Below are positions 30,710-40,800 of a stretch of 64,000 nucleotides of DNA, piece after piece; positions within the stretch are counted from its first letter, which is position 1, and every line of letters begins with the position of its first letter. The DNA lies in NCBI GenBank assembly GCA_963780185.1, contig CAWABA010000006.1:864001-928000 (forward strand). Direction: 5' to 3'. The notes beneath the pieces were generated by a model. The model was given only the letters and a program-made list of their open reading frames with translations. It ran no database searches and was not told the DNA's origin. Made by a program: the position numbers and the translations under genes. Source of the stretch: Candidatus Bathyarchaeota archaeon. GTDB taxonomy: Archaea > Thermoproteota > Bathyarchaeia > Bathyarchaeales > Bathycorpusculaceae.

Positions 30710-32014
30710 TTGAGTCAAGAACCTTTTGTTAAAACACTTATTGACCTCGGACTTACGAGCATGGAGGCCAAAGTCTATCTTTTCTTGGCAAAAAAAGGGA
30801 CTGAAAAAGGAAAAAACGTTGTCAACGCACTGAAAATGAACAGGCAACAGGTCTATCGGAACTTGAAAAGCCTGCAAAACAAAGGAATCGTAAGCTCCAC
30901 GTTTGAACATCCCGCTCGTTTTCAAGCTGTTTCTTTTGAGAAAATACTCGACATGTTCATCCAATCCAAAATAGAGGAAGCACGGCAGATGCAGCAAAAT
31001 AAGACTGAAATTCTTTCCAATTGGCAATCAATCGAATTGAGAGAAACTGTTGATACATCTGCAAGGTTCATGATCATCCAAGGCAGCAACTACATTCAAT
31101 CCAAAATCTTACAGATAATAAATGAGACCAAAAGTCAATTGTCTGTATATCAACAGTTCAAGGACTGGGCTATGTTCACCAGTTAGGCTTTTTTGACGCC
31201 GCCTGTAAACATCCTTTAAAATCTCAAGTTCAATTCAGATTTCTCACTGAATTGTCTCAAGAAAACGTTGAATCGATGAAGGGTTTCCTTAAGATGAAGA
31301 CAAATGCCAAACTTAATTTTCAAGCCCGCGACGTAGGTTCTAGTCTGAAGGCTTATTCCCAGATTAGTTATAAAAGATGAAGAAGAACTTGTCTTTTTCA
31401 TATCATCCGCAGTGAACGCATCAACAGCAGAACAAGAAGATACAGGAATATGGACCAACAGCAAGGCTCTTGTTCATGCTTTCAAAGCTCTTTTCGAAGA
31501 ATTATGGCGAAATTCATCAGACATTCAGAAAAAGCTATTTGAGATCAAGACAGGCCAACCAACCCCAGAAACCTACGTCATTAGGGGTGCAGAAGGGGCC
31601 TACAAGAAGTACGTTGAGACCATAGATTCAGCAAAAAAAGAGATTGTTAGCATTACCTCTTCAAACGGCATCATCAAATTCTGGAAAAATGCACCGCCCA
31701 TGAAGAAGCCGACTAAAAAAAACCTCATTATCAAAATAATGACGACAATAACAAATGAAAACTTGGAATTAGCGCAGCAACTGCCGAAGTACGTCGAGGT
31801 TCGGGACATCCCAACAGATTATTTGGGGATTACAGTAGTTGATGGAAAGCACCTCTTCATATTCAAGACGCCTTCGTCTACTCGAGAAAAGCTGGACGCT
31901 TTATCTTATTTTGAAGACACTTTTTACACTAATGATTTAGAATTTGTGGAAAGCGCAAAGGATACGCTTATGAGCATTTGGAAAAGTGCGTCTCCGCTTT
32001 CGGCATCAACGTAG
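30710..32014 (+). CDS. TrmB-family transcription regulator, frameshifted
   Basis: LGLTSMEAKVY..L...RQQVYRNLKSLQNKGIV...HPARFQAV; two downstream effector-type domains (D.EE....GIWTNS..F.ELW). Confidence 0.8.
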
Positions 32015-32240
32015 CAGTGCAGTCGATAACGAGCTCTTCTGCGCGCATTGTTTTGGCTCCAGAGACTGTCTTCAAGATTGTAGAAATAATGGCAAAGAAA
32101 AACGCAAACGCATCTTTGAAAAACATTCGCAGTTTGTTCCTACTGTGGCAGTCCGTAACTTCGACGTCAAACTAGCAAATATAAGAATTCACCCCACTCA
32201 TACAGCTTCAATCTTGGAAACACGCTACGGAGCAACTTAA

Positions 32241-33080
32241 ATGGTTGAGAAAACTAACAATGAAAATTTTACTCATGTTTTGTATGTTGATGATGATGTC
32301 AGTTTATTAGAGCTTTCAAAGCAAATTTTGGAAAGTGAGAGAAAATTTAAGGTTGAAACGGCAGCTTCAGTCGACGAGGCTTTCAAGAAACTGGGGCAAT
32401 TTCATTTCGACGTTGTTGTTTCAGATTACGATATGCCTGGAAAAAACGGGTTGCAATTTCTTGAGGAACTGAGGAAAAGTGCAAGCAGCATTCCTTTTAT
32501 CCTTTTCACGGGCAAAGGAAGAGAACAGGTGGCATTAGAAGCGCTGAACCTTGGCGCGTTCAGGTACTTGAACAAGCAGGGCGATCCCGAAGTGGTTTAT
32601 ACTGAGCTCGCGTCCTGTATCCAGCAAGCTGCGGATCAAGCGAAAGCGCAAAACGCCATCAACCAAGGTGAAGAACGATTCCGCGCAATTTTTGAGGCGA
32701 CAAGCGACGCAATCATTGTGATAGATGACGAAGGAACAATTGCAAATTTGAATGAAGCCGCTTTGGAAATGTTCAGGTGCACAAGGGAAGTGGTTGGTCA
32801 AGGTTTCTTCGAACTATTTGGCCGACAGTTTTCAGGAGCCTCGAAGCAAATTGTGCTTGAAGGAATCAAGAAATTCGCTACTGAAAACAAGCAAAAAATG
32901 GCAGGCAAAATGATTGAGCTTTCTCTTAGGCATAACACAGGCGAAGAGAGAATTATTGAGATGAATGCATCGGTCTTCGAACAGAACAATCGTTTGTACT
33001 CCTTAGCACTAATCAGAGACGTAACTGAACGTAAAGAACGAAAGACGCAACAAAAGGGCAAAGTTCGAAAAAATTTTTGA
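32241..33080 (+). CDS. Response-regulator receiver + PAS protein, possibly a truncated hybrid kinase
   Basis: VLYVDDD, SDYDMPGKNG, FTGKG and YLNK; PAS domain RFRAIFE..DAI...N.AA...RDVTERK. Confidence 0.85.
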   Translation: MVEKTNNENFTHVLYVDDDVSLLELSKQILESERKFKVETAASVDEAFKKLGQFHFDVVVSDYDMPGKNGLQFLEELRKSASSIPFILFTGKGREQVALEALNLGAFRYLNKQGDPEVVYTELASCIQQAADQAKAQNAINQGEERFRAIFEATSDAIIVIDDEGTIANLNEAALEMFRCTREVVGQGFFELFGRQFSGASKQIVLEGIKKFATENKQKMAGKMIELSLRHNTGEERIIEMNASVFEQNNRLYSLALIRDVTERKERKTQQKGKVRKNF

Positions 33081-33141
33081 AAGCACCTGCACCTTTCAGA
33101 AGGCCGATTTTCCACTTTTAGTTAAATATCGTAAAAAGCAA

Positions 33142-33216
33142 CGGGTCCGGTGGGATTTGAACCCACGACTTTCAGCTTAGAAGGCTGACGCGCTATCCGT
33201 ACTGCGCCACGGACCC
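33142..33216 (-). tRNA. tRNA-Arg(TCT), copy 1
   Basis: Full cloverleaf GGGTCCG...TCAGC-CTTCTAA-GCTGA...GTGGG-TTCAAAT-CCCAC-CGGACCC-G; no encoded CCA. Confidence 0.95.
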
Positions 33217-33337
33217 ACTTTGTGCATCAACGAAATCCCCTCTGCAGTTTTAAGCTTTTTCTTCCCGCCCGCAAAGAAATTGAGGCGCAGCTTGGCTGCA
33301 CTGGACTTTTTAAATGCGTAGAGCCGTTTAGCCTCCT

Positions 33338-33524
33338 ATGCGCATAGAAAAAAACAGTTATCGACACTTTTCCAAGGCTCAAACCCGTGGTTGAGCTGCA
33401 GCTCCGCTTCGGCGTAGACTTTGTTGTGGACGGCGAACAGCGGTGCAACATGATCCAGTACTTCAGCCAAATCCCTGGTTTAGAGCCTTATGGCAGTAGC
33501 GGCTGCGTAGGCCAGGGCATCTGA
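33338..33524 (+). pseudogene. N-terminal remnant of an archaeal cobalamin-independent methionine synthase-like gene
   Basis: With one A removed it reads MRIEKTVIDTFPR..VVELQLRFGVDFVVDGEQRCNMIQYFSQIPGL, then stops. Confidence 0.6.
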
Positions 33525-33635
33525 AGTCGTTATATTTCGCAGCAATCGTTTTTTTGTATATTTCTGAAATAGACCGCTTGGCTTAATAGCATGTTATCGA
33601 TGTTGATCAATAAATATTCAGGAAGGGCGAAGAAA

Positions 33636-35492
33636 ATGAAAACTAAAATTTTGGCAATAATACTGGTGACGCTATTCGCGTTTTCGGCGCTTTTATTCAT
33701 AACTATTCCAAAGGTGTCTGCTGATACAAGCGTGTTTGGTAACGCAGCTCAGTCGGGCTCAACTTACTACGGCTTAGATGTCATATACGGGTCAACATAC
33801 ACCAATACATTAACTGGCCACGCCGACAGCATGAGTGTCTACATAAGCTATGCCCCAGGCACGGCATATATTGGAGTCAAAACCACATCTAACAGGAATT
33901 CTGACGGCATCATAAACACGATGAGAGGCCAAGCGATTACACCAACAACCGCAATCGTAGCAACAAGCATAACCGCACATATATCCTGCACAAGCACGGC
34001 ACATAACGTGCAAGCAGCCATATACGACTCAAGCGGCAATCTAGTAGCTTCAAGCAATGCTCAATCAGTTGGAACGACGTCTGGTGCAGACCAAACCTTC
34101 ACGCTTACATCAAACCCCACGCTATCTGCTTCGAAGACTTACATCGCAGTAGTTTGGGCTCAAACAGCAAACGGCAACTGCAACCTAATTTATACCTCTA
34201 GCAGCAGCAGCGGCAGAAACTCAGCACAAACCTATGGGAATTGGCCTACATCGGTGACTTTTAGTTCCGTTAGCCGAACATATGCTATCTGCGTCAACTA
34301 CCAAAAAACAGCCAACATCCAATGCGCCATATATACTCCTAATTCCTCGGGAATTTCCACTGTGCAAGTCGGCATAACCGCGCAAAAAACACTATCTTAC
34401 ACTCCTCAAGGTTGGGTAACATTAAACTTTATCAATAAACCACTTCTTACCGCTGGAACCGACTACATCCTTTGCCTTTGGTCATCTGATTCTGGCGTAA
34501 ATTTCTTCTATACTGGAACAGCCAAGGATGCTTGGGCAGGAAGTCAAGGCGGAACCTTTAGCTCTCCAACATCTGCAGTTCTCTATCATGCCCTGGACTA
34601 TGGCTATAACATCTGCTGCACGGTCAAATCATCCTACACAATCACTGCGTCAGCGGATTCAAACGGCAACATCAACCCCTCAGGCAGCGTAGACGTGCCA
34701 TACAATAACAATCAACAATTCACAATCACTCCGAACATAGGATACCACATAGCAGACGTATTGATAGACGGCAGCTCCGCGGGCCCAATAAGCACATACA
34801 CTTTCCCAACAGTTACAGCTGACCACACCATCGCAGCAAGCTTCGCAATCAACACCTACCAAATCACGGTGACACAAACCCCCTACGGCACCATAAGCCC
34901 GGGGACAACCACAGTTAACTACGGTGACAGCCAAACATTCAGCGTAACGCCCGATGCGGGCTACCACATAGTTGACGTATCGGTGGATGGCAACTCAGTT
35001 GGCGCCGTATCCTCATACAAATTCACAAGCGTCGATGCCCAGCACACGATCACCGCAAGTTTTGCCATCACACAATTTTCATCGCATCTGACATTGTACT
35101 GTGCGCCTGATACGGTTGACAAACCGGCAACCACCGTGGTTCAAGGTTCCCTATCAACAATCGACGGTACACCAATCGCTGGTCAAACAGTCACTTTGAC
35201 ATACAACAACGCTGGAACATGGGAAAGCATAGGTACGGCAACAACGCTGCCAGACGGCTCCTACTCGTACTCTTGGACGGTGCCTTCAAGCTTGGCTAAT
35301 GGATTCTATGTAGTTCAAGCAAGCTATGCAGGCGACGGCAACGTGTATCTGCCAACAAGCGTGCAAACTACGGGGAACGGCGATGGACTTTTCGTTTTGC
35401 CTGAGTACGCTTTAGGCGGGCTTGCGGCGTTTGGTGCGTGCCTTGCAGGATTTGTCGTCGTTAAAGTACGGTGCAGGCGCAAAACAGTTTAA
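33636..35492 (+). CDS. Secreted cell-surface protein with Ig-like/InlB-type repeats and a PEF-CTERM-like anchor
   Basis: Signal peptide, two YTIT....G.I.P....V.Y...Q.F.ITP..GYHI.DV.VDG repeats, C-terminal VLPEY + TM + basic tail. Confidence 0.85.
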   Translation: MKTKILAIILVTLFAFSALLFITIPKVSADTSVFGNAAQSGSTYYGLDVIYGSTYTNTLTGHADSMSVYISYAPGTAYIGVKTTSNRNSDGIINTMRGQAITPTTAIVATSITAHISCTSTAHNVQAAIYDSSGNLVASSNAQSVGTTSGADQTFTLTSNPTLSASKTYIAVVWAQTANGNCNLIYTSSSSSGRNSAQTYGNWPTSVTFSSVSRTYAICVNYQKTANIQCAIYTPNSSGISTVQVGITAQKTLSYTPQGWVTLNFINKPLLTAGTDYILCLWSSDSGVNFFYTGTAKDAWAGSQGGTFSSPTSAVLYHALDYGYNICCTVKSSYTITASADSNGNINPSGSVDVPYNNNQQFTITPNIGYHIADVLIDGSSAGPISTYTFPTVTADHTIAASFAINTYQITVTQTPYGTISPGTTTVNYGDSQTFSVTPDAGYHIVDVSVDGNSVGAVSSYKFTSVDAQHTITASFAITQFSSHLTLYCAPDTVDKPATTVVQGSLSTIDGTPIAGQTVTLTYNNAGTWESIGTATTLPDGSYSYSWTVPSSLANGFYVVQASYAGDGNVYLPTSVQTTGNGDGLFVLPEYALGGLAAFGACLAGFVVVKVRCRRKTV

Positions 35493-35568
35493 ACAACTCT
35501 TTTTCTTTCTTTTTTGTCAAAATTATGTAGGCAGACTATTTTTGCTTGTTGATGGTGAAGTTGAGGCT

Positions 35569-35646
35569 TGGCGGGTCCGATGGGATTTGAACCCATGACT
35601 TTCAGCTTAGAAGGCTGACGCGCTATCCGTACTGCGCCACGGACCC
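35569..35646 (-). tRNA. tRNA-Arg(TCT), copy 2, with encoded CCA
   Basis: Same cloverleaf with T stem ATGGG/CCCAT; AT-rich TATA-like sequence upstream. Confidence 0.95.
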
Positions 35647-35968
35647 CCATTTCGGGCACTGTAATGAAGACTCTTCATAATATAATTTTATCCTTTTAAG
35701 GATGCATTTATCGCTATTCTTGGCTTGCTTTCGATTTAATCGTGTTGAATGCTTCTTGGGTTAGAAAATGTAAATAAGGCTGTTAGGCACCGTAAAGCTT
35801 TGGACAATGAGAAAATCGAGGTACGGTGAAGCTGAAGGCGGGGAAATTAAGCTGGAGGCTGATGAAAGCTTTTTCCGCTATTGAGTCCACAAAAAAGAAA
35901 TGCGTCAGAAATATCTGACGCGAAATGTTCTTCTGCAAAATTCGTTGACGGAAGCGGTTTGGTGCGGT

Positions 35969-36241
35969 TTAGCTTTTCAAGAGGCGAAGTAGCTCGCTGC
36001 GTTTTTGAAGGAAATCTACGCCTTTTTCCGTGATAAAGTAAACTTCTTTTTGTTCGCTTAATGTTAGGGTTACGAATCCGTTGTCAAGCAAAAAATCCAG
36101 ATAATCGTTTAGCTGTGCGAAACTGAGGTTTGCCTTATACATAATTTGAGTCTTCAAACTGCCTTCCTTAACAGTTTCCAACATACTGGCAATTATGTCC
36201 AATTTATTTCGTCTCTGCTTCACACCTTTAATATTAGTCAC
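35969..36241 (-). CDS. Small winged-helix DNA-binding protein
   Basis: RRNKLDII..ML.....KTQIMYKANLSF.QL..YL..L...G....Y.ITEKG..FL. Confidence 0.9.
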   Translation of the reverse strand: MTNIKGVKQRRNKLDIIASMLETVKEGSLKTQIMYKANLSFAQLNDYLDFLLDNGFVTLTLSEQKEVYFITEKGVDFLQKRSELLRLLKS

Positions 36242-37025
36242 TTCTACCCAGCCCTCTTGCTCTATTCACGCTTTTAAATTTTTATAAAACCGACTATTTT
36301 GGTCTTTAACGGGTTTTTTGCTGGTTTGGCTTTTTTTGGGTGTTTCTTTCTAGATTTTTTAAGTTGCGACTTTTGTTTTGGTGAAAGTTGCGACTTTCCG
36401 CTTTCGGGGTTTGTGTTTTGGGTTGCTTTTTTGGTTTAGACTTGGTTTCTGTTTGTCGTTGCGACTTTGGGATGGGCGGGATGCGACTTTGTATGTTGAC
36501 TCTATGTTGAAGTTATTGTCGCGTATGGGCGCTGCGACTTTCAGGGCGGCAGGTCGGTTTTGCTTGGGTTTGGTTTTCCGATTTTGGGCGCTTGAAGGTT
36601 TTTCCATGGTGCAACTTTGGGGTTGGGCGATGAAGTGTCTTTTCCCTGCATTTTCGGCACTGCGTAAAAAAGCTAACGATAGAAGTCAAAATATTTCGCC
36701 TTCAAAGTCAAAATGCTTAGGGCATGGGAAAAGTCCATGCTTTTCACAAGTCACTTTCCTGTCACTGGTTGGTCCTGATTACCCGCCGTTAATTTTGCCA
36801 TGTGTTAATGTTGGATACTTCTTGGAGTGCGCATTCCGATGTGGAAACAAGTGAAAAACCTGTTCAAAACACCAAAAAGAAGCGTAGAAACACAAAGAGA
36901 AACGCAACTTCCACCAAACTTTCCTTTCCAACTACGCTTGGTCTTTCGCTAATCATACAGAATTTTTTTTGAGTGCCCCACATTCATTCTAAGTTTGCGA
37001 TGTTACTTTGGAACCCAAATTTCAT

Positions 37026-38312
37026 TCAACTTTTGTACTTGTATTTCTTAAAGTAAACCAGTACGCCAGCTAATACCATTAGTGTAAGAAGCACTGGAAT
37101 TGTCCAAACTTGCAACTCTGGAACGGAAGAAGTTGGTGAAAGGGAAGACGCAGGTGAACCCAGAGCATAAACGTTGCCATTGTTTTGTGAGCATACGTAG
37201 ACTACTCCATTGGCAATTGCTGGAGAAGAATAAACAACGCCGCTGGTTGTGTAATTCCAGAGGTTCATGCCGTTAGCGGCGTTTAAAGCATAAATGTTGT
37301 TGTCATTTGAGCCGATGTAGACTACACCATCCGCAACAGCAGGAGAAGACCAAACTTCGCCGGAGGTATCATAGCTCCATAGTTTTGTGCCGTTACTAGC
37401 ATCTAGAGCATAAACCTCACCATTCTGTGAACCTATGTAGACTACTCCACTTACAACAGCAGGGGACGAACCAATAGGTGAGCCAACAGAATAATTCCAA
37501 AGTTTTGCACCACTCACAGCATCCAAAGCATAAACGTTACCATCATAGGAGCCTATGTAAACTGCGCCTTCGATTACTGCTGGAGAAGAAATAACTTCAT
37601 CACCAGTGGTGTAAGTCCATATTGCTGAGCCGTTGGCAGAGTTTAAGGCATAAATCTTGTCGTCTTTAGAGCCTATGTAAACTACGCCGTTTGTTACAGC
37701 GGGAGACGAATAAATTGGACCATTGGTTGTGTAATTCCAGAGTTTGCTGCCGTCTCCAGCTTTCAAAGCATATACATCACCTTTATTATTATATGAGCCG
37801 ACGTAAACGACACCGTTGACAACTGTAGGAGACGAAAAAATAAAACCGCCGATGTTGGAACTCCAGACTTGGTCGCCATTAGCAGCGTTCAAAGCATAAA
37901 CGACACCGTTATCAGAACCGAAGTAGACTATACCATCTATAATGGTCGGAGAAGACTGAACTGGGTTGTGAAGAATAGTATAATTCCAAAGTTTTTTTCC
38001 GTCGGAAGTTTTCAAAGCATAAACATTGCCGTTATAATCAGTTTTGTTAAATGAGCCTACATAGACTGAACCGCCAACAACAGCAGGAGAGGACTGAATC
38101 TCGCCGTCAGGAGTATATTTCCAGAGTAGAGTGGGAGATAGCACGGAATTTCCTATTGCTACACCGCTATGAGATGGATTCGCTCGAAACATTGGCCAGT
38201 CGTTAGCTGAATAAGAAGCTTTCACGGTTGCGGAGGACAATGTCACAGTAGAAGTAAAGATAAAGAATAAGACAAGAAAAACTAAAGCGTAAATTGTGAT
38301 TTTGCAACCCAT
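37026..38312 (-). CDS. Secreted PQQ-like beta-propeller protein
   Basis: Signal peptide, DWPMFR.N..HSG, 8 SSP.V..GVVY.GS..VYAL.A..G..LW.Y blades, VPEL + TM + KKY tail. Confidence 0.92.
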   Translation of the reverse strand: MGCKITIYALVFLVLFFIFTSTVTLSSATVKASYSANDWPMFRANPSHSGVAIGNSVLSPTLLWKYTPDGEIQSSPAVVGGSVYVGSFNKTDYNGNVYALKTSDGKKLWNYTILHNPVQSSPTIIDGIVYFGSDNGVVYALNAANGDQVWSSNIGGFIFSSPTVVNGVVYVGSYNNKGDVYALKAGDGSKLWNYTTNGPIYSSPAVTNGVVYIGSKDDKIYALNSANGSAIWTYTTGDEVISSPAVIEGAVYIGSYDGNVYALDAVSGAKLWNYSVGSPIGSSPAVVSGVVYIGSQNGEVYALDASNGTKLWSYDTSGEVWSSPAVADGVVYIGSNDNNIYALNAANGMNLWNYTTSGVVYSSPAIANGVVYVCSQNNGNVYALGSPASSLSPTSSVPELQVWTIPVLLTLMVLAGVLVYFKKYKYKS

Positions 38313-38361
38313 ACTTACATCTGGAACTGCCTTTTGTTATAAGGCTTCTCATAAAGTTCTC

Positions 38362-38379
38362 TTGACTGACGTTAGTCAA
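38362..38379. promoter_or_regulatory. Palindromic operator TTGACT-N6-AGTCAA (copy 2)
   Basis: 50 nt upstream of the ATG at 38312 and just upstream of TTATAA (38337-38342). Confidence 0.6.
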
Positions 38380-38384
38380 GGTTT

Positions 38385-38510
38385 GAGAACTGTGTGAAAA
38401 CTATTTTTAATTTCAGAAAATTGCTAAGTTTATTTCAATTTGGAAAAGCTTCAGGACGTGTTTTTAGAGCAGCAATTTCTAAAACTAAATTTGAGTTTTC
38501 ACACAGTCTC
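38385..38510. mobile_element. MITE-like element, about 126 bp
   Basis: Terminal inverted repeats GAGA(A)CTGTGTGAAAACT / AGTTTTCACACAGTCTC, extending imperfectly to about 40 bp; no coding capacity. Confidence 0.7.
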
Positions 38511-38775
38511 ATTTGTTTACTTAACAGAACTATTGGAAGCGAGCGATGCGAGCGTTAGCGATAATTTTTTAAGAGAGATGCTATATCTTCTGCGCTCGAT
38601 ATTTGGCGGGGAGCGCTAGCTCCAGTTTCGGTTTTCGCCCCCTTCACCCAAAAGTCGGGAGAGCGGCTTTTCTATGTATGACTCATAAGCGCGGTAGAAG
38701 AAAGAAGTGTAATCGCCTTTTTTGTGAAACAGAAAGCCTTTTTTGTCCAAACGAGAAGAACACATGTGAAAAATC

Positions 38776-39273
38776 ATGCTTGTAGGCGCAATATCAGATA
38801 CCCATGACAATCTGCCTCAGGTTGAGAAGGCAGTAAAGTACTTCAACGAGCAAAAGGTAGGTTTGGTGCTTCATGCCGGCGACTACGTTGCTGGCTTTGT
38901 TATCCCCAAATTCAAACAGTTAAACTGCAAACTCATCGGCGTCTTCGGCAACAACGACGGCGACCACGAACTCCTCAAGAAACGATTCAGCGAAACCAGC
39001 AACTGCACGATCCACGAACGATTCACCCACGTAGAAGTCGAAGGCTACAGAATAGCGCTTCTGCATGGAGAAGAAACCGAGTTGCTAAACGCCATTGTCG
39101 AAGGCGGAATCTTTGACGCCGTAATCCACGGGCACTCCCATTACAGCCGCATCGAGAAGAGAGGAAAAACCCTCGCCGTCAACCCAGGCGAACTCTGCGG
39201 ATACCTCACAGGAAAATCTACCCTTGCCATACTGGATACTGCCAAAAATGAAGCAAAAATAATTCAGATTTAA
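38776..39273 (+). CDS. Metallophosphoesterase (YfcE/MJ0936 family)
   Basis: ISDTHD, HAGD, GNND, HG, GHSH and NPGE. Confidence 0.93.
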   Translation: MLVGAISDTHDNLPQVEKAVKYFNEQKVGLVLHAGDYVAGFVIPKFKQLNCKLIGVFGNNDGDHELLKKRFSETSNCTIHERFTHVEVEGYRIALLHGEETELLNAIVEGGIFDAVIHGHSHYSRIEKRGKTLAVNPGELCGYLTGKSTLAILDTAKNEAKIIQI

Positions 39274-39326
39274 TTGGATCAAGAAAAAAATTGTAGCGAC
39301 TAAACTAGTCATTACCAAGGCTTGAG

Positions 39327-40261
39327 TTAACTACCTTTGTTGAAGGGTTCCCGCAGAGTGTTGGCTCTCAAAAACAGCTGTTTCAACTCTTCATCGTCTG
39401 CTCCTGACCGCAAAGGCTTTAGGATGTCGGTTAGGTTGTCGTTTCTCATCAGGCAGGGCTTCAGTTTGCCATCGCTGGTGACGCGCATTCGGGTGCAGTG
39501 CATGCAAAAATCCGTGTTTTCGATGGGGTGCACGACTTCGACGGTTACGTTTGGCAGATGGTAGATGAGGCGGTTATGCATGAAGGGGCGGCTCTCAACT
39601 GTCACGGCTTTCTCTTTGAGGAGCTGTTCTTGCTCGTCTAGGCTGCGGTGATGCGTCAAGTAGTAGTCGCTGCTGACGTTGACAGGGTCAAGTTCAATGA
39701 GCTGCAGAACAACGCTGTTTTGCCGAGCATACTCAATCAAATCGGGAACATCGCCCACATTCACATCCTTCAAAATAACCATGTTAAGCTTCACAGGGCA
39801 GAAACCAGCCTCAATAGCAGATTTAACCCCAGCCAACGCATCCTCAAGTTTTCCGCCCGTTAATCTACGGTAAGTTTCCGCGTTCAGCAGAAGGCAAACT
39901 CACGTTCACACGCTTCAACCCGCGAGTACAAAGGTCCTTAGCCATTCGGCTCAGCAACAAACCATTCGTCGTCAATGACAGGTCTTTCAAACCCTGGATT
40001 GCAGCTATGCCTGAAACAATTTCTGGGAGGTCTCTGCGCATAAGCGGTTCGCCTCCCGTCAGTTTCACGCGTGCGATGCCGAGGCTAACGGCGATTCGAG
40101 CTATGCGCACAATTTCTTCTGCGGTCATTTTCTCAGCTGAGCGGTTGGCGCGTTGAACTTCCCCTTCCCGATGGCAGTAGGCGCAGCGGTTGTTGCATCG
40201 CTGGGTAATCGAAATCCGTCAGGTTAAGGAGGGGTCTGCCGCAGTTGTCGGTTAAACTCAT
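39327..40261 (-). CDS. moaA: GTP 3',8-cyclase MoaA, two frameshifts
   Basis: CNNRCAYCH.EG (40170-40200), KLTGGEPL, TTNG, KLNMV and FCMHCTRMRVTSDGKLKPCL. Confidence 0.92.
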
Positions 40262-40264
40262 TCG

Positions 40265-40800
40265 TTATTCACGCGCGTGCTTAACGATGTGAGGCGACTC
40301 GGGCAAAATAAGCATTTCTGCCGCAACCCGCACGGCATCTGGGGAGCCTGGAATACAAAACAGAGCTTTACCTTTGGCTACGCCTGCGGCGGCGCGGGAT
40401 AGAACTGCGGCTGAGCCGACTTTGCCAAAGCTTATGGCTCTGAAGAACTCGCCGAAGCCAGGCAAGGTTTTCTCGAAGAAGGGGGTAACCGTTTCGATGG
40501 TGACGTCGGTGTGCGTGATGCCTGTTCCGCCTGAAAAGATGACGGCGTCTAAACTGGGCGTGTCTAAGGCTTCTTTGACGGCGCCGGAAATCAACTCTTT
40601 GTCATCAGCGATTATTCGTTTGAAAAGCACATTCTGCTGCGCCTTTTTGAGCAGTTCAACCAACGTGTCGCCGCCTACGTCGTCAACGTTTTTTTCGCCC
40701 GTTTTGAATTTGAGCGATAACGAGAAGTGCTGCAGATGTAGATTCCGAAGTTGAGGGTTTTCTGCGCTTTAGCTTTATGAGTTTTTGAAGTTTCACTCAT
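40265..40800 (-). CDS. moaB: Molybdopterin adenylyltransferase MoaB/Mog, frameshifted
   Basis: GGTGITHTDVTIE, LPGFGEFFR, SRA.AG and PGSP; N-terminus MSETSKTHK in another frame. Confidence 0.9.

Noticed and set aside
36359-36854. Overlapping ORFs on both strands, and a possible CRISPR array
   Set aside because: Low-complexity translations; the repeats are only 9-14 bp with irregular spacing and there are no cas genes
37100-38150. Roughly 120-nt periodic DNA repeats
   Set aside because: Explained by beta-propeller blades; the same applies to 18250-19290
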